From Candidatus Komeilibacteria bacterium (GTDB lineage: Bacteria > Patescibacteriota > Patescibacteriia > UBA1558), in NCBI GenBank assembly GCA_048538235.1, contig JBLYPX010000001.1, positions 594,136-658,135 on the forward strand: DNA of 64,000 bases. Reading direction: 5' to 3'. Of the stretch, positions 39,101 through 54,100 are shown piece by piece; the first letter of the stretch is position 1, and every line of letters begins with the position of its first letter. The notes beneath the pieces were generated by a model. The model made no database searches, was not told the DNA's origin, and saw only the letters and a list, made by a program, of their open reading frames with translations. The translations under genes and the position numbers were made by a program.

Positions 39101-42100
39101 CCTTCTGAATCTGTAATACTACGTATATCTTTAGCTCCAAATCCAAGTCCTGGTAGATATACATAATTATCTCCCGCTACTGATGTAAAGTTGTATGAAA
39201 TATATCCAAGATCTATTGTATTATTCCCAGTTGTTAGATCTATTGGTGTTGAATATTTATCTCCAGCTTTAAGTACAATTGTATCTGCACTATCTGTTTC
39301 AATGTCTAAATCATACCAAATCAAATTATCTGATGCAGATTTATATCCTAAGGCTGTATTTAAATGTGTTTGCTTAATATATTCTGTAGAATTATCTATG
39401 TATGAAATACTTAAGTTTCCGATATTATCTGAAGTAATACTTAAACCATTAACTGTTGATGTAATTTCTGTTGCTGCGTTTAAGCTATTTCCTTCATTAT
39501 CTAGCACTTTATAATATGTCTTATTATCTACTGCCTGGTAAGCAACTATTACTCTATCATTATTAACTACCATGTCTACATTAGAAATAGCAGAAGCATC
39601 AATTGTTGCTGTGTTAGTAATATTCTGAGATTGATCAATTGTAATTGCTTTACCAGCAGTATCGCTATATACAATCATTGCTTCGCCATTTGTTAAACTT
39701 GTGCTAGTAATGTTACTTATTGCTACACTAGCAAATGTTGCTGTTGTGTGAGTATATGTATCTAAATCTATTAAAGATGTCTTACCATAATCTAATTCCC
39801 CATTATCTACATATGAAACCAAAACCTTGTTACCCATTTGAGTAACATTTATGTCTGAAATACTACTATTAATTAATTGTGTTTCAGATTTAATTATAAT
39901 ATTATTCTCAGAAACAATTGCATATTTACCAACTCCGTTATCATTATATGCAATGAATAAATAGCCATTTGTAAGCTCTGCAATATCTAAGCTTGAAGTA
40001 GCTGCACTATTAAAGACTGTTTCATCAGTAGCGATCTCACCATTGCTAGATATTATAACCATTGTTCCATAACTTGAATTACTATCGTCTGTATAGGCAA
40101 TAGCTACGCTGCCATTACTAATTGCAGTAGTTGCAATATTACTTGTTGTTCCTTGGTTAAATACACCCTTAGCAACCACACTGCCATCATTATATATTCT
40201 GTATTTACCTTTATTGCTATCTAAAGAATCTACATAAGCAACTAGAGATAAATTATTATCCATAATCTCAGTTGAAACTTCAGTTGTTGTTGATTCAATA
40301 ATTGTAGACTCTTGCATTTGCTCCCAATATACTTTAGCTGACTCTATTGGTAAATTACTCTTAATTTGTTTCTTAATAGCTTCTGTAAGTTTTGGTGCTA
40401 GAATGTCTCCTTCAACATATAGATCACCATCAATCTCTACACTACCGGTTACTAATAGATCATTCTCTGTTGAAACATTGTCAGCAATAGCTCCCATACC
40501 AACTCTAAGATAACCATTCTTAGCAATCAAAGATGTAAGGTCGTCTGTATTAGAAACTTCTAGATAACTAGTAGAATTTGAAGGTTTTAATGTAATAATA
40601 CTATCTGCTGCATCTGACTGAAGTGTTAAATTACCACTTGTAGACTTTAGAGTTAAATCATTAGTTGTTTGAATCTGGTTATTAGATAACTCCATTTCAT
40701 CTACCTTAACAGCGGTAGCAAAATATCCGCTAGCCCAACGATTAGTAGTAGAACCTAAGTCATACATATTATCTTGATTCAACTGTAAACCGCTCTTAAA
40801 TGTACCCTTTACCTCAATTAAATCATCTGTAGCATTACCTAATATTACTCCACCTTGTAATTCTGTATCTCCACCAGCTGTTAGTGTTCCAGCTACTAAT
40901 AGATTATCTGAAAGTGGATCATACCAAGAGACGTGAACAAAAGCTTCAATAGTACCCGTTGCTGAATTAAAGCTAGAAAGAGCTTTAGCAACAACTGGAC
41001 CAGCGCTGGTTGCTTTCATAGCATAACCATTTCTAGATGATGTTGTTAGATAATCTCCATTATTAATAGCTCCATTATCGTTTGTTACTTTAATAGTAAC
41101 TTTACCAGCAAGTGCTATAGCTCTACCAGCTACACTAGAATTTAATTTAATGGCTGAATTATCTACAACCACACCTACTGCAGATTCCTGGTATTGAGCA
41201 TTAGATTTAACTAAAGTATTCGCCGTATTTGACATTACTACTACATCACCAGCCTCAGGTAAATTTCCTTGATTATCTATTGTAACTGCAAACATTTCTG
41301 ACATGGCAGACATTTCTGTATTTAATGATCCACTCATATCTATACTGCCAGTTGAATCTATTGTTAATACTGTACTATTATTACTATTATTAATATTAAA
41401 CTTTGAAGCGCCGGCATTATCATCCAACTCAAGACTTATACCCCTTACCTGACCTGCAGCACCAGCGTCTGATTTAATTGTTAATCCATTTTCATCTGAA
41501 ACAATAGAGCCTATACCTACGTTTGTTGAACCGATTACCAACTCATCATCTACTTGAACATATGAATTATCTGAAGATAAAGTAAGAGCTGATTCTGTGC
41601 TAATATTACCAGTTGTATAATCAACCATACTTAACACACCACTTAACTCAGTGCTTTGCTCCTGTATAGCATTTAACATAGGCGAAATTAAAGCTGTATA
41701 TTTTACAGAATCTGGCAAACCACTTTGATCATATCCAACAAAAAGTGGGTTAACCGTCTCAACTTCTTCTGCTATCAAACCATAATATTTGACACCAGAA
41801 CCTATACCATTATTAAATGACTCTTTATATTCAAAATTTACTGGTCTTAAATCGTAGAGCCAAGATACATCCTCCATATCTACAATATTTTCTTTAAATC
41901 TAATAGAGGAACCGTTTTTACCAATATTACCTGCAGAATCTACATAAAGTGTTTGTGTTGGTGTAACACCAGTGGTGTATGCTAAAGAGCTTACTAATCT
42001 ATCCGAACTATCTATAACGACTGAACCTGAACCGCTAGCAGCTAAAACAACGTTACTGTTAGTACCTATATCACCACCGGTAATAGTCAACGTACTTTTA

Positions 42101-45100
42101 CTTTGAATCCCGGAAGCCGTACCATTAGCCATATATATATCATTAGCTATTGTCACATCACCAACACCACTAGTCTTTAATGTTCCAGCTACATCTAAAG
42201 TGGCTCCTGGCGAAGACGTATTAATACCAACCCTCTCACTAGTTGGCAATAATAAAAGATCTGTATCTGCAGTTTCTGTAGTTATCTCATTATCATCTAA
42301 TCTTATATCATTAACATCTAATCTATTAAAATCAGCGTAGCCTATGCCAGACACATCCCAACTTGCAGATGATAATATCAACCCATTTGTACCACTACCA
42401 ATTTGAATATCATCAACACCACCACCGGTACCAATATAAATCGTATCTACACCTGTGCTATTACCAATATTTATAGTATCTACCCCAGAACCACCAATAT
42501 TTATTGTATCGTTTCCAGAACTATTTATTGTTGCGCTTCCATTAACATGTAATTTTACACTAGGATTAGTTATGCCAATACCAAGATTTCCTCCTGCTTC
42601 TAGCGTCATCAAATGAGCAGCGTTAGTATCATAAAACCTAATAGCGTTCGAATCACCACTTCCAGTGCCATCATAACCCATACTCATACCATATCCAGAT
42701 GTGTTTTCCCAAAATGTTATACCATTTGTACCACCTGTTGCATTAGATCCTGACAAAATATTTATTATATCTTCGTCCTCGGTAGCTGTTGGAGTTATCG
42801 CACTGCCAAAAGTAGACTTGCCTGCAACATGCAATGTAGTATTAGGAGCTGACGTACCTATACCAACTTCATTAACATCAACATCAACAAAAAGGTCAGT
42901 GGTGTCAACAGCAAAATCAGCTCCTAATACATTCAAATTACTTGTCTGGTAATAAATCCTTCCTGCAGAAGCTGAAACTCCAATATAATTGCCTGTATCA
43001 AGATCAATGTCTCCACTACTAATAAGGACATCGTTAGCTCCATCAACTAATAAACTACTAACGCGAGAAGAGCCGTTAACATCCAACTTATATGCTGGAT
43101 TAGTTGTACCAATACCAACATTTCCAGTACTTTCAATAATCATTCTGTCCGTCAAACTACCAAATTCTTCTTGCACGGTTCTAAATATTAGACCCGTTGA
43201 CGTCTGATCTGTAGCACCATCTAAAAGTGCCCCAATTTGAGCAGTGCCACCATTTGCAGCTGTACCAAATGTTAAATCAGTAGACTCGCCACCAACATTA
43301 ACTGTACTATCATATATTTCTAGTTTAGATCTTGGGTCTGAAGTTCCAATACCGACACTATTCGTATCACTCTCCACAACCAATGTATTATCGTCTACGT
43401 TAAAGTCGTCGCCTGCTGTGTTGCCTAAATCAACATCAATGCCACCTGCAGAAGCATTTAAATAAATAGCATCTGCGGTTGTGTCAGCGGTAGTTAAATA
43501 TATTCTACCCGTTGCTGAGTTTAATCCAATTTGACCAGTAGCAGTTGTTACATCAAATGTTCCGGTTGTTGTACTATCAAAAGTTATAGCATTAGCAGCT
43601 GCATCCACATCTACAGCACCATCAATATCTAGAGAATCACCTTGTATCTCTCCTACTACATCCAATTTAGCAGTCGGATTGCTTGTTCCAACACCAACTT
43701 CATTAGCAGCTGTTACCACTAAAGCATCTCCATCCTGAACAGACCCAACATTAATAGATAAATAATCATCTGTTGCGTCTGTAACATAGAAATTCGCTGC
43801 GATACCCGTTCCTGTTCCATCTGATTCATATAGAAGCAGTCCATAATTTGCATCACTTGGTTGAACAGAAACATAGCTGTCACCATCTAATGTAATGACT
43901 CCGGAATTAGCACTACTTATATTTACAGTGCCTGCACTTGTTACGTTAAGAGCACCAGAAGCTATTGTAGACAATGTTAATGCATTTCCAGTCACAGACA
44001 CATTAGAAGCTATCGCACCATCAATAGAGAAGGACTTAGAATCTATAGTAATTGCATCATTTACATCTACATCTAAATCTCCACCTGTACCAGTCACATT
44101 AATATCTATTGCTGATGTTCCTGTATTACCCGTTGTTAAATCTATCTCTCCTGTGGCTGAGTTTAGAGAAACTTGACCAGCTGCTGTTGTTACATCAAAT
44201 GTACCAGTAGTTGTACTATCAAAGGTTATTGCTCCTGTTCCAGCATCTACGTCTACAACTCCATCTATATCTAGAGAATCACCTTGGATCTCTCCAGCTA
44301 CATCTAATAGAGCGCTAGGCACTGTGGTACCAATACCAACATACTGACCTGGTATTATATTCAAATCTCTTTGAGACTCAATTACCGCATTTCTATCATC
44401 TGCAGCCGCCATATAGATAGTCACATGACCCTGGTTTGCTCCACCAGCTACTCTAAATAAGTTATCTCCCGGCGTAGCACTACCAACAACTTGTAAAGAT
44501 CGTGCTGGAGCACTAGTACCAATACCCAATCTATTATTAACATCATCATAAGCGCTACTACCATCAGACCCAAAGAATATATGTCCTTTAGTAGCATGTG
44601 ATGTAGATGCTAATGTTAAGTCTCCACCAGAGGCTGTACTGCCTTGTATAAGTGGCGATGTAATTGAAGTAGTCACTGCCATTGTTCCTGTAAAATTAGC
44701 TGCTGAAGAAATTGTCTGTCCATTATATGTTCCCATATTAGCGGCTATACCAGTAGTATCTATTCCCCAATCACCAGACGAAAGAGCTAGGGTTCCAGCT
44801 GCACTAATAGATATATTACCATTTGTAGCATTTCCAGCTGTTAAGGCTATTGGACCATTGGTTGTATCCATATCTATACCACCAGCAGCACCAGTTGCAT
44901 TAATATCTATAGCTGCTGCTGTTGTATTAGCTGTTGTGAAGGCAATAGTACCTGTGGTGGCAGTAAAGTCTATATTAGAGGTTGTTGAATCTACATCTAC
45001 AGCTCCATCTATATCTAGAGAATCACCTTGTATTTCTCCAACTACATCTAATGGGGCGGCTGGAGCAGTCACACCAATACCAACCCTATTTGCAGATTGG

Positions 45101-48100
45101 TCAACATATAGTGTGTTAGAGTCTAAATTAATGTCTCCTGTACCATTAGCATTTATTGTAATATTACCGTTTGTATTTGTACTTGTTATAGCGTTACCAT
45201 CTAATCTTAAATTATCTATATTTAATTGCGTACCTGTGATAACACCCGGACCCGTAATACTCCAACTATCACCACTTATTGTATTACCTCTTACATATAT
45301 ATTGTCGCCACTTGATGCACCCAAATATGTATTTGCAGAATATAAATATGTATTACCACTACCACCCGTGACATAAAAATCATTTGCAGTAGCTATTCTT
45401 CCGTTCGTGTCGCTCCAAAAATACTCAGTATCACCAACATACACACCACTATCTGCACGAACTGTTCCTGGTGTATAGATATTACCTGTTAAATTCAGGC
45501 CGCCACCCATAGTTGTTGTTCCGGTTACTTCAAAGCTATCATCTACATATACCTTACCAGTACCACGACCTTCTAGGACAAGATTTGTATTAGTGGCTAC
45601 ATCACCAGCTGTAATATATAGAGGAGCTTTTGAACTAATTGTAGAAGATGTAGCGTTACTCATGTAAATATCGTTCGCAATAGTAACATCTCCTGTACCC
45701 TCCATACTAAACGGTACATAAGAAGTGGCTTGTGAAGGAGATACTGTAAATAAATCATTATCTGACGAATCTGTAATCTTTAATATATCTGAAGTTTGAG
45801 TTGTATGACCTTTTATTGTTAATTGTACTTCATCTGCATCTCCATCTATTAAAACGTTATCATTAACTGTTAACTTACCAGCGATAGCCATTGTCCCGGT
45901 AAAATCGGCTGCGGAAGAAATTGTTTGACCATTTATTAGGCCCGATGTTATTGTACCCGTTCCACTTGTTCCTACATATAGATTACCTGAGGTTTTAGTA
46001 GTTGTTGCTGTAAATAATATGGTTCCATCTGTATCATTATCTATTGTTTCACCATTTTGAAGATTAATATCTGTTGTTATGCCTGTATTACTTATTCCTA
46101 TGGCTGTACCTGATGTACCATCAAGTGTTAATGTGGTTGCACTAGCCGTTCCAGCTACATCTAATTTATACCCTGGATTGGTTATTCCAATACCCACATT
46201 ACCTCCTGCTTCTATAGTCATTCTATCTAAATTATTTGTAGCAATCCTAACGTCTGTATTTTCTCTATTCCAGAAAATAGCCTGCTCAGTTGCATTTACA
46301 CCAACTAACAATCCGTCTGTTGCAGCTGTGCCAGTACCATCTTGTGTTAAATGTATATACGATGTACTACCCGCTGTTGCCTGATGAACTTGCAATGGGC
46401 CAACAGGCGCTGTAATACCAATACCCAATCTATTATTAACATCATCATAAGCGCTATTACTATCTGATCCAAAGAATATATGTCCTTTAGTGGCGTGTGA
46501 AGTAGATTCTAAAGTTAAATCCCCTCCAGAAGCTGCACCACCTTGTACTAATGGTGTTACTACTGAAGTTGAAAATGTACCGGTTGTACCAGAAACAGCT
46601 CCGCCACTAGCCATAGATGCAAAGGAAGCTGCGCCGGCATTTGTAACTGACCATTGTGGGTCTGTAATCTGTACTCCGGCATTTGTGGTACCTATTGAAA
46701 CAGTTCCTGTTCCTGAGTTCATTATATTAATTCCGCCAGCACCATTAGCATTAATTGTTAAGGTTTCATTTGTATCATATGTATCTATTATTGCGCTTCC
46801 GTTATAGCCCAAATCTAATGATGAAGTATATGTTTTGCTTTCATATAACAACAAGTCCCAATCTCCACTATTTAAAGCATCTATACCAATGCCAGAAGAA
46901 TTAGCTGTTCCAATCTTATTAACACTAGCCCCTCTTGTATATATAGTACTACCATCTCCAGAGATAATAGTTGCATTATCTACCTCATAACCACCAGTTG
47001 AATCAATCACACCTGCCACGTCTAATGGATCGTCTGCTGTAATTGAACCAATTCCTACATTACCAGTGATAGCACCTGCTCCAGTTACTGTTAAATCACT
47101 CTGAATGCCAACTTCTCCGCCACCACCTGGCTGCATGACTATATCTTTTGGAGTGCCAGCAGATGTTGCTAAATAGAATGTTCCATAACTTTCAATAGTA
47201 TTACTTGTGTTATCTGTTAAATTAATACCGTTAGCAACAGATAAAGTACCAGTACCTTCAACTGAGAATGGTACATAAGATGTACTTTGTGTTGGAGAGA
47301 CCGTAAACAGGTCAGCTCCAGAACTATCTTCTACTACGAATATATCATTTGTTTGGGTGCTATAGCCTTGAATGATGGTTTGTATCTGATCAGAGGTTCC
47401 ATTTACCATTAATTTAGATGTTGGGTCTGACGTACCAATACCAACCTCATCAGCCGCTGTAACTACTAAGGCATCTCCATCTGTTCCGCTATTTAGATTA
47501 ATAGATAAATAATCATCTGTTGCATCCTTAACATATAAATTAGCATAAGTTCCTGTTCCTGTACCATCAGACTCTCTAATCAACAAACCTAACGTACTAT
47601 TTTCTGACCTTAAATCAATATACGCATTTGTATCTGTACCTGCTACAGTAGATAATATTAAAGCTCCTGAACTGCTTACATACAAATCTGCTATTTCAGC
47701 CGTTTCAGCTGTTCCTCTTAATCTCAAACCGCTTGTATTACTACCTGTGTCTATATCCAATTTAGAAGCTGGATTTGTTATACCTATACCTAAGCTTCCT
47801 CCATTAATATATGAGCTTGCGTTTGAGTGTAATTGAATAGTCTGAGCAGTGCCACTATATACATTTACATAACCATCGTCTTCTGCGTCCTTACCAACAA
47901 CTAATACATTACCATTATCATCCGCTGTTAATCCTAATATATTTTGTGCTCCAGTTGTACTTGTCTTTATAGACAATGGCCAGGCAGGATTAGTCAAACC
48001 AATACCAACTCTATCATTAGTCGCATCAACACTAAAGGTGCTGCCATCCAAACTTAAACCATTTACACCACCAGATAATACAAAGTTTGTATCATTACTA

Positions 48101-51100
48101 AATGTCCAAGCACCAGTATTAACAGATACTGTATCTGCTGTGCTATTACCAATAGCTACATTACCGTTCAATGTTGTTGTTCCGCCTACTGTTAAAGTTG
48201 AATCAAATGAAGCTGCACCCGCACCTGAAATTGACCAATTAGCGTCTGTAATAGCTACATTAGCTGCTGTGGTACCAATAGACACGGCGTCTGCACCACC
48301 ACCAGTTGCTACGTTAATAGTATCCACTGCTGTACCAGTACCAATATTTATTGTTCTTGCTATATTAGTAGAGCCCACATTCAAAGTAGTGGCTGCATTG
48401 GCTAAATTGAAGGCAGCTGAGGCAACATTTAAATCTCCACCAGATATTGTTAAATCTGTGTCTATTGTTAAAGAGTCTGGGGTTCTCAAAACATTAGCAC
48501 TATCCCTGTAGAGTCTAATATCTAAAGGTGATCCTCCGCCAACACCAAATTCTAGACCACTAGAAGATGTTTTTACTATAGGGTTAGCATCACTAGCTGC
48601 ATTATAGACATTTACAGAGCCAGGGCCAACATTTACTTCTGCCCAACGTAATGCTGCTGAACCTAAATCATAAGTATTATCTGTTGATGGTAAGAAATCT
48701 CCTGAAATACTCACACCACCCCCAAGAGTAGTTGTTCCAGTTACTTCAAAATTGTCATCTACATAAACCTTACCAGTACCACGACCTTCTAATACTAAAT
48801 TTGTATTACTACCAACTGCACCTGCTGTAATATATAGAGGAGCCTCTGATGAAATTGTACTTGAAGTTGCATTTGAGAAGAATAAATCATTAGCAATTGT
48901 TACATCACCCGTACCCTCCATACTAAATGGAACATATGAGGTTGCTTGTGAAGCAGACAAACTGAATACAGTATCAATAGCAGAACCAATTGCTGGACGT
49001 ACTCCGAAATTAAAACTATCTGTACTATGACTATACACCAGCTCTGCCATCGCTGTTTGATCAGGATCATTAAAGTAAAAACCGCCTTGCTTATCTGCAG
49101 GAGACATAAAGTCTATCATGGTGTGATTATTATTCTCTAAAGCTAAAGCGCTATATGTTGAGCTATAAATATTTGCTGTTGAATCTCCTTTATATACATG
49201 CAAAATAGCGTTAGGATCATTAGTACCAATACCAACACTATTAGTATCACTTTCAACAACCAAAACATTTCCATCTACATTAAAATCATCACCAGCGCCA
49301 TTACCCAAGTCAATATCTATACCACCAGCAGAAGCATTCAAATAAATTGCTGCTGCTGTAGTATTACCTGTAGTCAAATTAATAAGGCCAGTTGGAGCAT
49401 CTAATGAAATAGGGCCTGCACCTGTAGTATCTACTAAGAAACCTCCTGTACCTGTATTAACATCCAGTGTAGTAGCTCCTGTAACATTACCCAGGGTAAT
49501 TGTTCTGGCTGCTGCTCCTGTACCAATATTAATAGCTTGATCTACTACATCATTACCAATAGATATTGCTGCTCCTGATGAATTAAGTTCTAATACTCCA
49601 GCTGAATCTAATAGCAAAGTTCCGGCTGCACTTGCTGAGATATTACCATTTGTAGCATTTCCAGCTGTTAAGGCTATTGGACCATTGGTTGTATCCATAT
49701 CTATACCTCCAGCAGCTCCAGTTGCATTAATATCTATGGCTGCTGCTGTAGTATTACCTGTTGTTAAATCTATCTCTCCTGTGGCTGAGTTTAGAGAAAT
49801 TTGACCAGCTGCTGTTGTTACATCAAATGTACCTGTTGTAGTACTGTCAAAAGTTATTGCTCCTGTTCCAGCATCTACATCTACAGCTCCATCAATATCT
49901 AGAGAATCGCCTTGTATTTCTCCAATTACATCAAACTTAGCGGTTGGAGCAGTAGTACCAATACCAACCATATTAGCTGAAGCATCAACATATAATGTGT
50001 TTGTATCTACCTGTAAATCACCAGCTTGAGTGCCAGCTGTATAAAAATTGAAGAAATAACTTGAGGTGTCCCAAACTGTCAAATAATCACCAACATCTTG
50101 TATTGTCTGTTCTGACTCGCCAAAACTTAATGCATTACCGTCGATATCTACATTTCCACCAACATTTAAGTTGCTAGATGTGGCGGTTGTTGTAGCAGTT
50201 AACAATATAGTACCATTAGTATCATTACTAATTGTTTCACCATTTTGAAGATTAATATCTGTACCAAATCCTGTGCCAGATATATTTATTGCTGTTCCTG
50301 AATTACCGTCTACAACTAATGTATCTATAGTAGCCGTACCGTCAACAAACAAATCTTGCCATTCATATGTAGCACTACCAATATCATATGAATCATCTGC
50401 TGTTGGTAATAAATCACCTGTAATAGTTCCAAAGTCTGTAGCGCCAGTAATAACTAAGTCACTCTGAATACCAACCTTTCCACCGCCACCTGGTTGTAAT
50501 ACTATATCCTTTGGAGTTCCAGCAGATGTAGCTAAATAGAATGTTCCATAACTTTCAATAGTATTACTTGTACCATCTGTTAAATTAATGCCATTAGCAA
50601 CAGATAAAGTACCAGTTCCTTCTACTGAGAACGGTACATATGATGTACTTTGTGTTTCAGATACAGTAAATAGATCTGCTCCAGCACTATCTTCCACTAC
50701 AAATATATTATTTGTTTGTGTTCCATTACCTTGAACGGTTAATTGCACTTCATCTGCCAAGCCATCAACAAACAATCTAGAAGATGGAGCGTTTGTTCCA
50801 ATACCCACTCTATTAGTGCCACCGTCTACAAATAATGCATTAGCATCTCCATTACTTTCTACTCTAAAGTCTATATCATAACTATCTTCATTAAATGTAA
50901 TATTTCTACCATTACCACCCGTGTTTAATACCCAAGCGGCATCTAAATCCATAGTGTCTTGAAAATCTACAAAATCTAAGGTGTCGTCTGCTACATCGCC
51001 ACCAACAATTGTACTATCTAATATTTCTGTAGAATCAATAGATCCTGCTGGCAATACAACTTCTGCTGTACCAGTACCATCTGTTGCTAGGGTGATAGCA

Positions 51101-54100
51101 TTTGTCACAGAAGTGCCAATGCCAATAGTGGTGTTACTATTAATTGCAATAGCACCAACATCTGCAGATCCCAAAGTTAAGGTTCCGCTACCATTTGGAT
51201 CAATAGTTATACTTCCATTAGTGTCTGTACTAGATAATGTATTACCATCAAGTCTTAAATTATCTCCATTTATTTGAGTGCCACTCATAACACCAGCACC
51301 AGTAATTGACCAATTAGCATCTGTTATAGCCACATTGGCTGCTGTGGTACCAATAGACACGGCGTCTGCACCACCACCAGTTGCTATGTTAATGGTATCT
51401 ATTGCTGTGCCGGTACCAACATTAATTGTTCTGGCTGAATTAGTTGTACCAATATTTATTCCACCAGTGCCATTCGGATTTATGGTTATTGCACCATTTG
51501 TATTTGTACTAGATAATGTATTACCATCAAGTCTTAAATTATCTCCATTTATTTGAGTACCCGTGATAACGCCAGCACCAGTAATATCATAACTTGTGCC
51601 ATCAATAGCATTAGCGCCCATAGTCAAAGTCCCACTCATAGTTGTAGCAGCTAATGTATCAATATTAGCTGTACCGTCAATCCAAAGATCTTGCCATTCA
51701 TAGGTATCTGAACCAATATCGTATGAATCATCTACTGTTGGTAATAAATCACCTGTGATTGTACCAAAGTCTGTAGCGCCAGTAATAACTAAATCACTCT
51801 GTATTCCAACTTCACCACCACCACCTGGTTGTAAGACTATATCCTTTGGAGTACCAGCAGAAGTTGCTAAATAGAATGTTCCATAACTTTCAATGGTGTT
51901 ACTATCATCATCTGTTAAGTTAATACCATTTGCAACAGATAAAGTACCAGTACCTTCAACTGAGAATGGTACATATGATGTGCTTTGTGTTTCAGATACT
52001 GTAAATAGATCTGCTCCAGAACTATCTTCTACTACAAATATATCATTTGTTTGAGTTGAATGACCTTGAACTGTTAACTGTACTTCATCTGTTAAACCAT
52101 TAACAAATAGTTTAGAGGATGGGGCGTTTGTACCAATACCTACTCTATCTGAAGCTGTAACGTTAAATGCGTTTCCATCGGTGCCGCTATTTAAATTTAT
52201 AGATAAATAATCATCTGACGCATCTGTTACGTATAGATTAGCGTAAGTTGACGTACCTGCGCCACTGGATTGCCTAATCAACACACCCGTTGTATCATCC
52301 TCTGATCTTAAATCTATATATGCTTGTGAATCTGTTCCAGCGACAGTAGATAAAACTAGAGCACCGGAACTATTTACAAACAAATCTGCAATTTCAGCTG
52401 TTTCTGCAGTCCCTCTTAACCTTAGACCATTTGCATTACTACCCGTATCTATATCTAATTTAGAAGCTGGATTTGTTATACCTATACCAATATTACCGCC
52501 AGAGTCTTCCGCTAAAATAATATCTCCATCGTATTGCAGTTGGATGTCTGCTCCACCACTTCCTGAATAACCAATGTTCAAATCTGTATTATCTGTATTA
52601 TCTTGGAAATAAATCTCAAACTTATCATAAGCATTCTTTAATTCTAACCCTTGACTTGATCCACCAGAACCCTCAATAGTAAATAAATCTGAAGGGTTTG
52701 TTGTGCCTACGCCCACATATCCAGATGAATTTATAGCAATACCGTTAGCAGCGCTCCAAGTTCCATAATTTAATCTAACTGTATCTGAGCTATCTTCATA
52801 ACCCATATTGAACATTAAATTTGAACCTTGGTAGCCAATCAAACCAACATTATTTGTAGCCCCAGCTGTTAACTTAACTTGAGTATCGCTAGCAGTAGAA
52901 ACGTGCAATATCTTATCTGGAGTAGTTGTTCCAATACCAACCTCTCCTGTTGTTAAAACACTTACTTTTTCAGAACCAGAACTGGACCCAACAGTTGCGC
53001 CTGTATAAATGCCAAACCTTCCACTTACTGTCTTTAAGCCAACTGTTTGACCGGCATTATCTGCAAAAAATAAATTAGCACTCGAAGTAGCTGCGTCTGT
53101 TCTCTGATTAATAACAATACCATTTGCACCACTAGATGTTACATCTAAACTAGTATCTGGACTTGTTGTGCCAATACCAATATTACCTCCGGTATTAAAC
53201 CAAGAATTTCCGCCAGAAGTACCATCTACCGTTATATAGTTTGTGCCATTATTATTTGCAAATAATCTAATAGCACCTGTACCGCCATTACTACCAACTA
53301 ATAAATCTCCAGAGCTCATCTTCAAATCACTGGTTCCTATATATATACCACTACTAAATGTACCGCCATCATTAATTCTCAAATATTCATCTCCGAGCTC
53401 GATAGCAACATCGCCCCTGTCTCTATCATAAATATTGTCTACATATATTGAATTAACATCTACAATGTTGTTTCCTTCCATATCTAAATTACCGCTATAT
53501 GTGGTTGTTCCGGTTACCTCAAAATTATCATCAATAATAACTGAACCACTATTAGCAGCAGATAATGTTAAATCTAAATTACCAGATGGTGATTCAGTCT
53601 GTATATATAATGGAGCTTGGGATTTAATATATGATGCAGTTGGATTAGTAAACACTAAATCATAAGCTATTGAAACATCTCCAGCTGCATTAAAGCTAGT
53701 TGGTACATTAAAATTAGCTTGAGCAGTATCTACATCGAATAAATTACTGCCGACACTATCTTCTACAACAAATATATCACTTGTTTGTGTGCTATGACCC
53801 TGTACTGTTAATTGGACTTCGTCTGTATCTCCATCCACTAATACACCATCTGAAAATTCAAACCTATCATTTGTATTGCTCCATATAATACTTTCTCCCG
53901 TTGTAGAGGAATCTTCGTAGAAGTAGATCTGAGAATCTGCGTCAGCTCCATCAAAATTCAAATAAAGTTGCCCTTCTGATCGTAGTGTTTCACCTCTAAC
54001 CCAAGAAGCTATATCTGCAGTAGAACCTCCAGTAATAGCACCATCTGCATTAAGAGTTCCTTGTACATCTAATAAATAATCTGGAGTTGTGTCTGGACCT

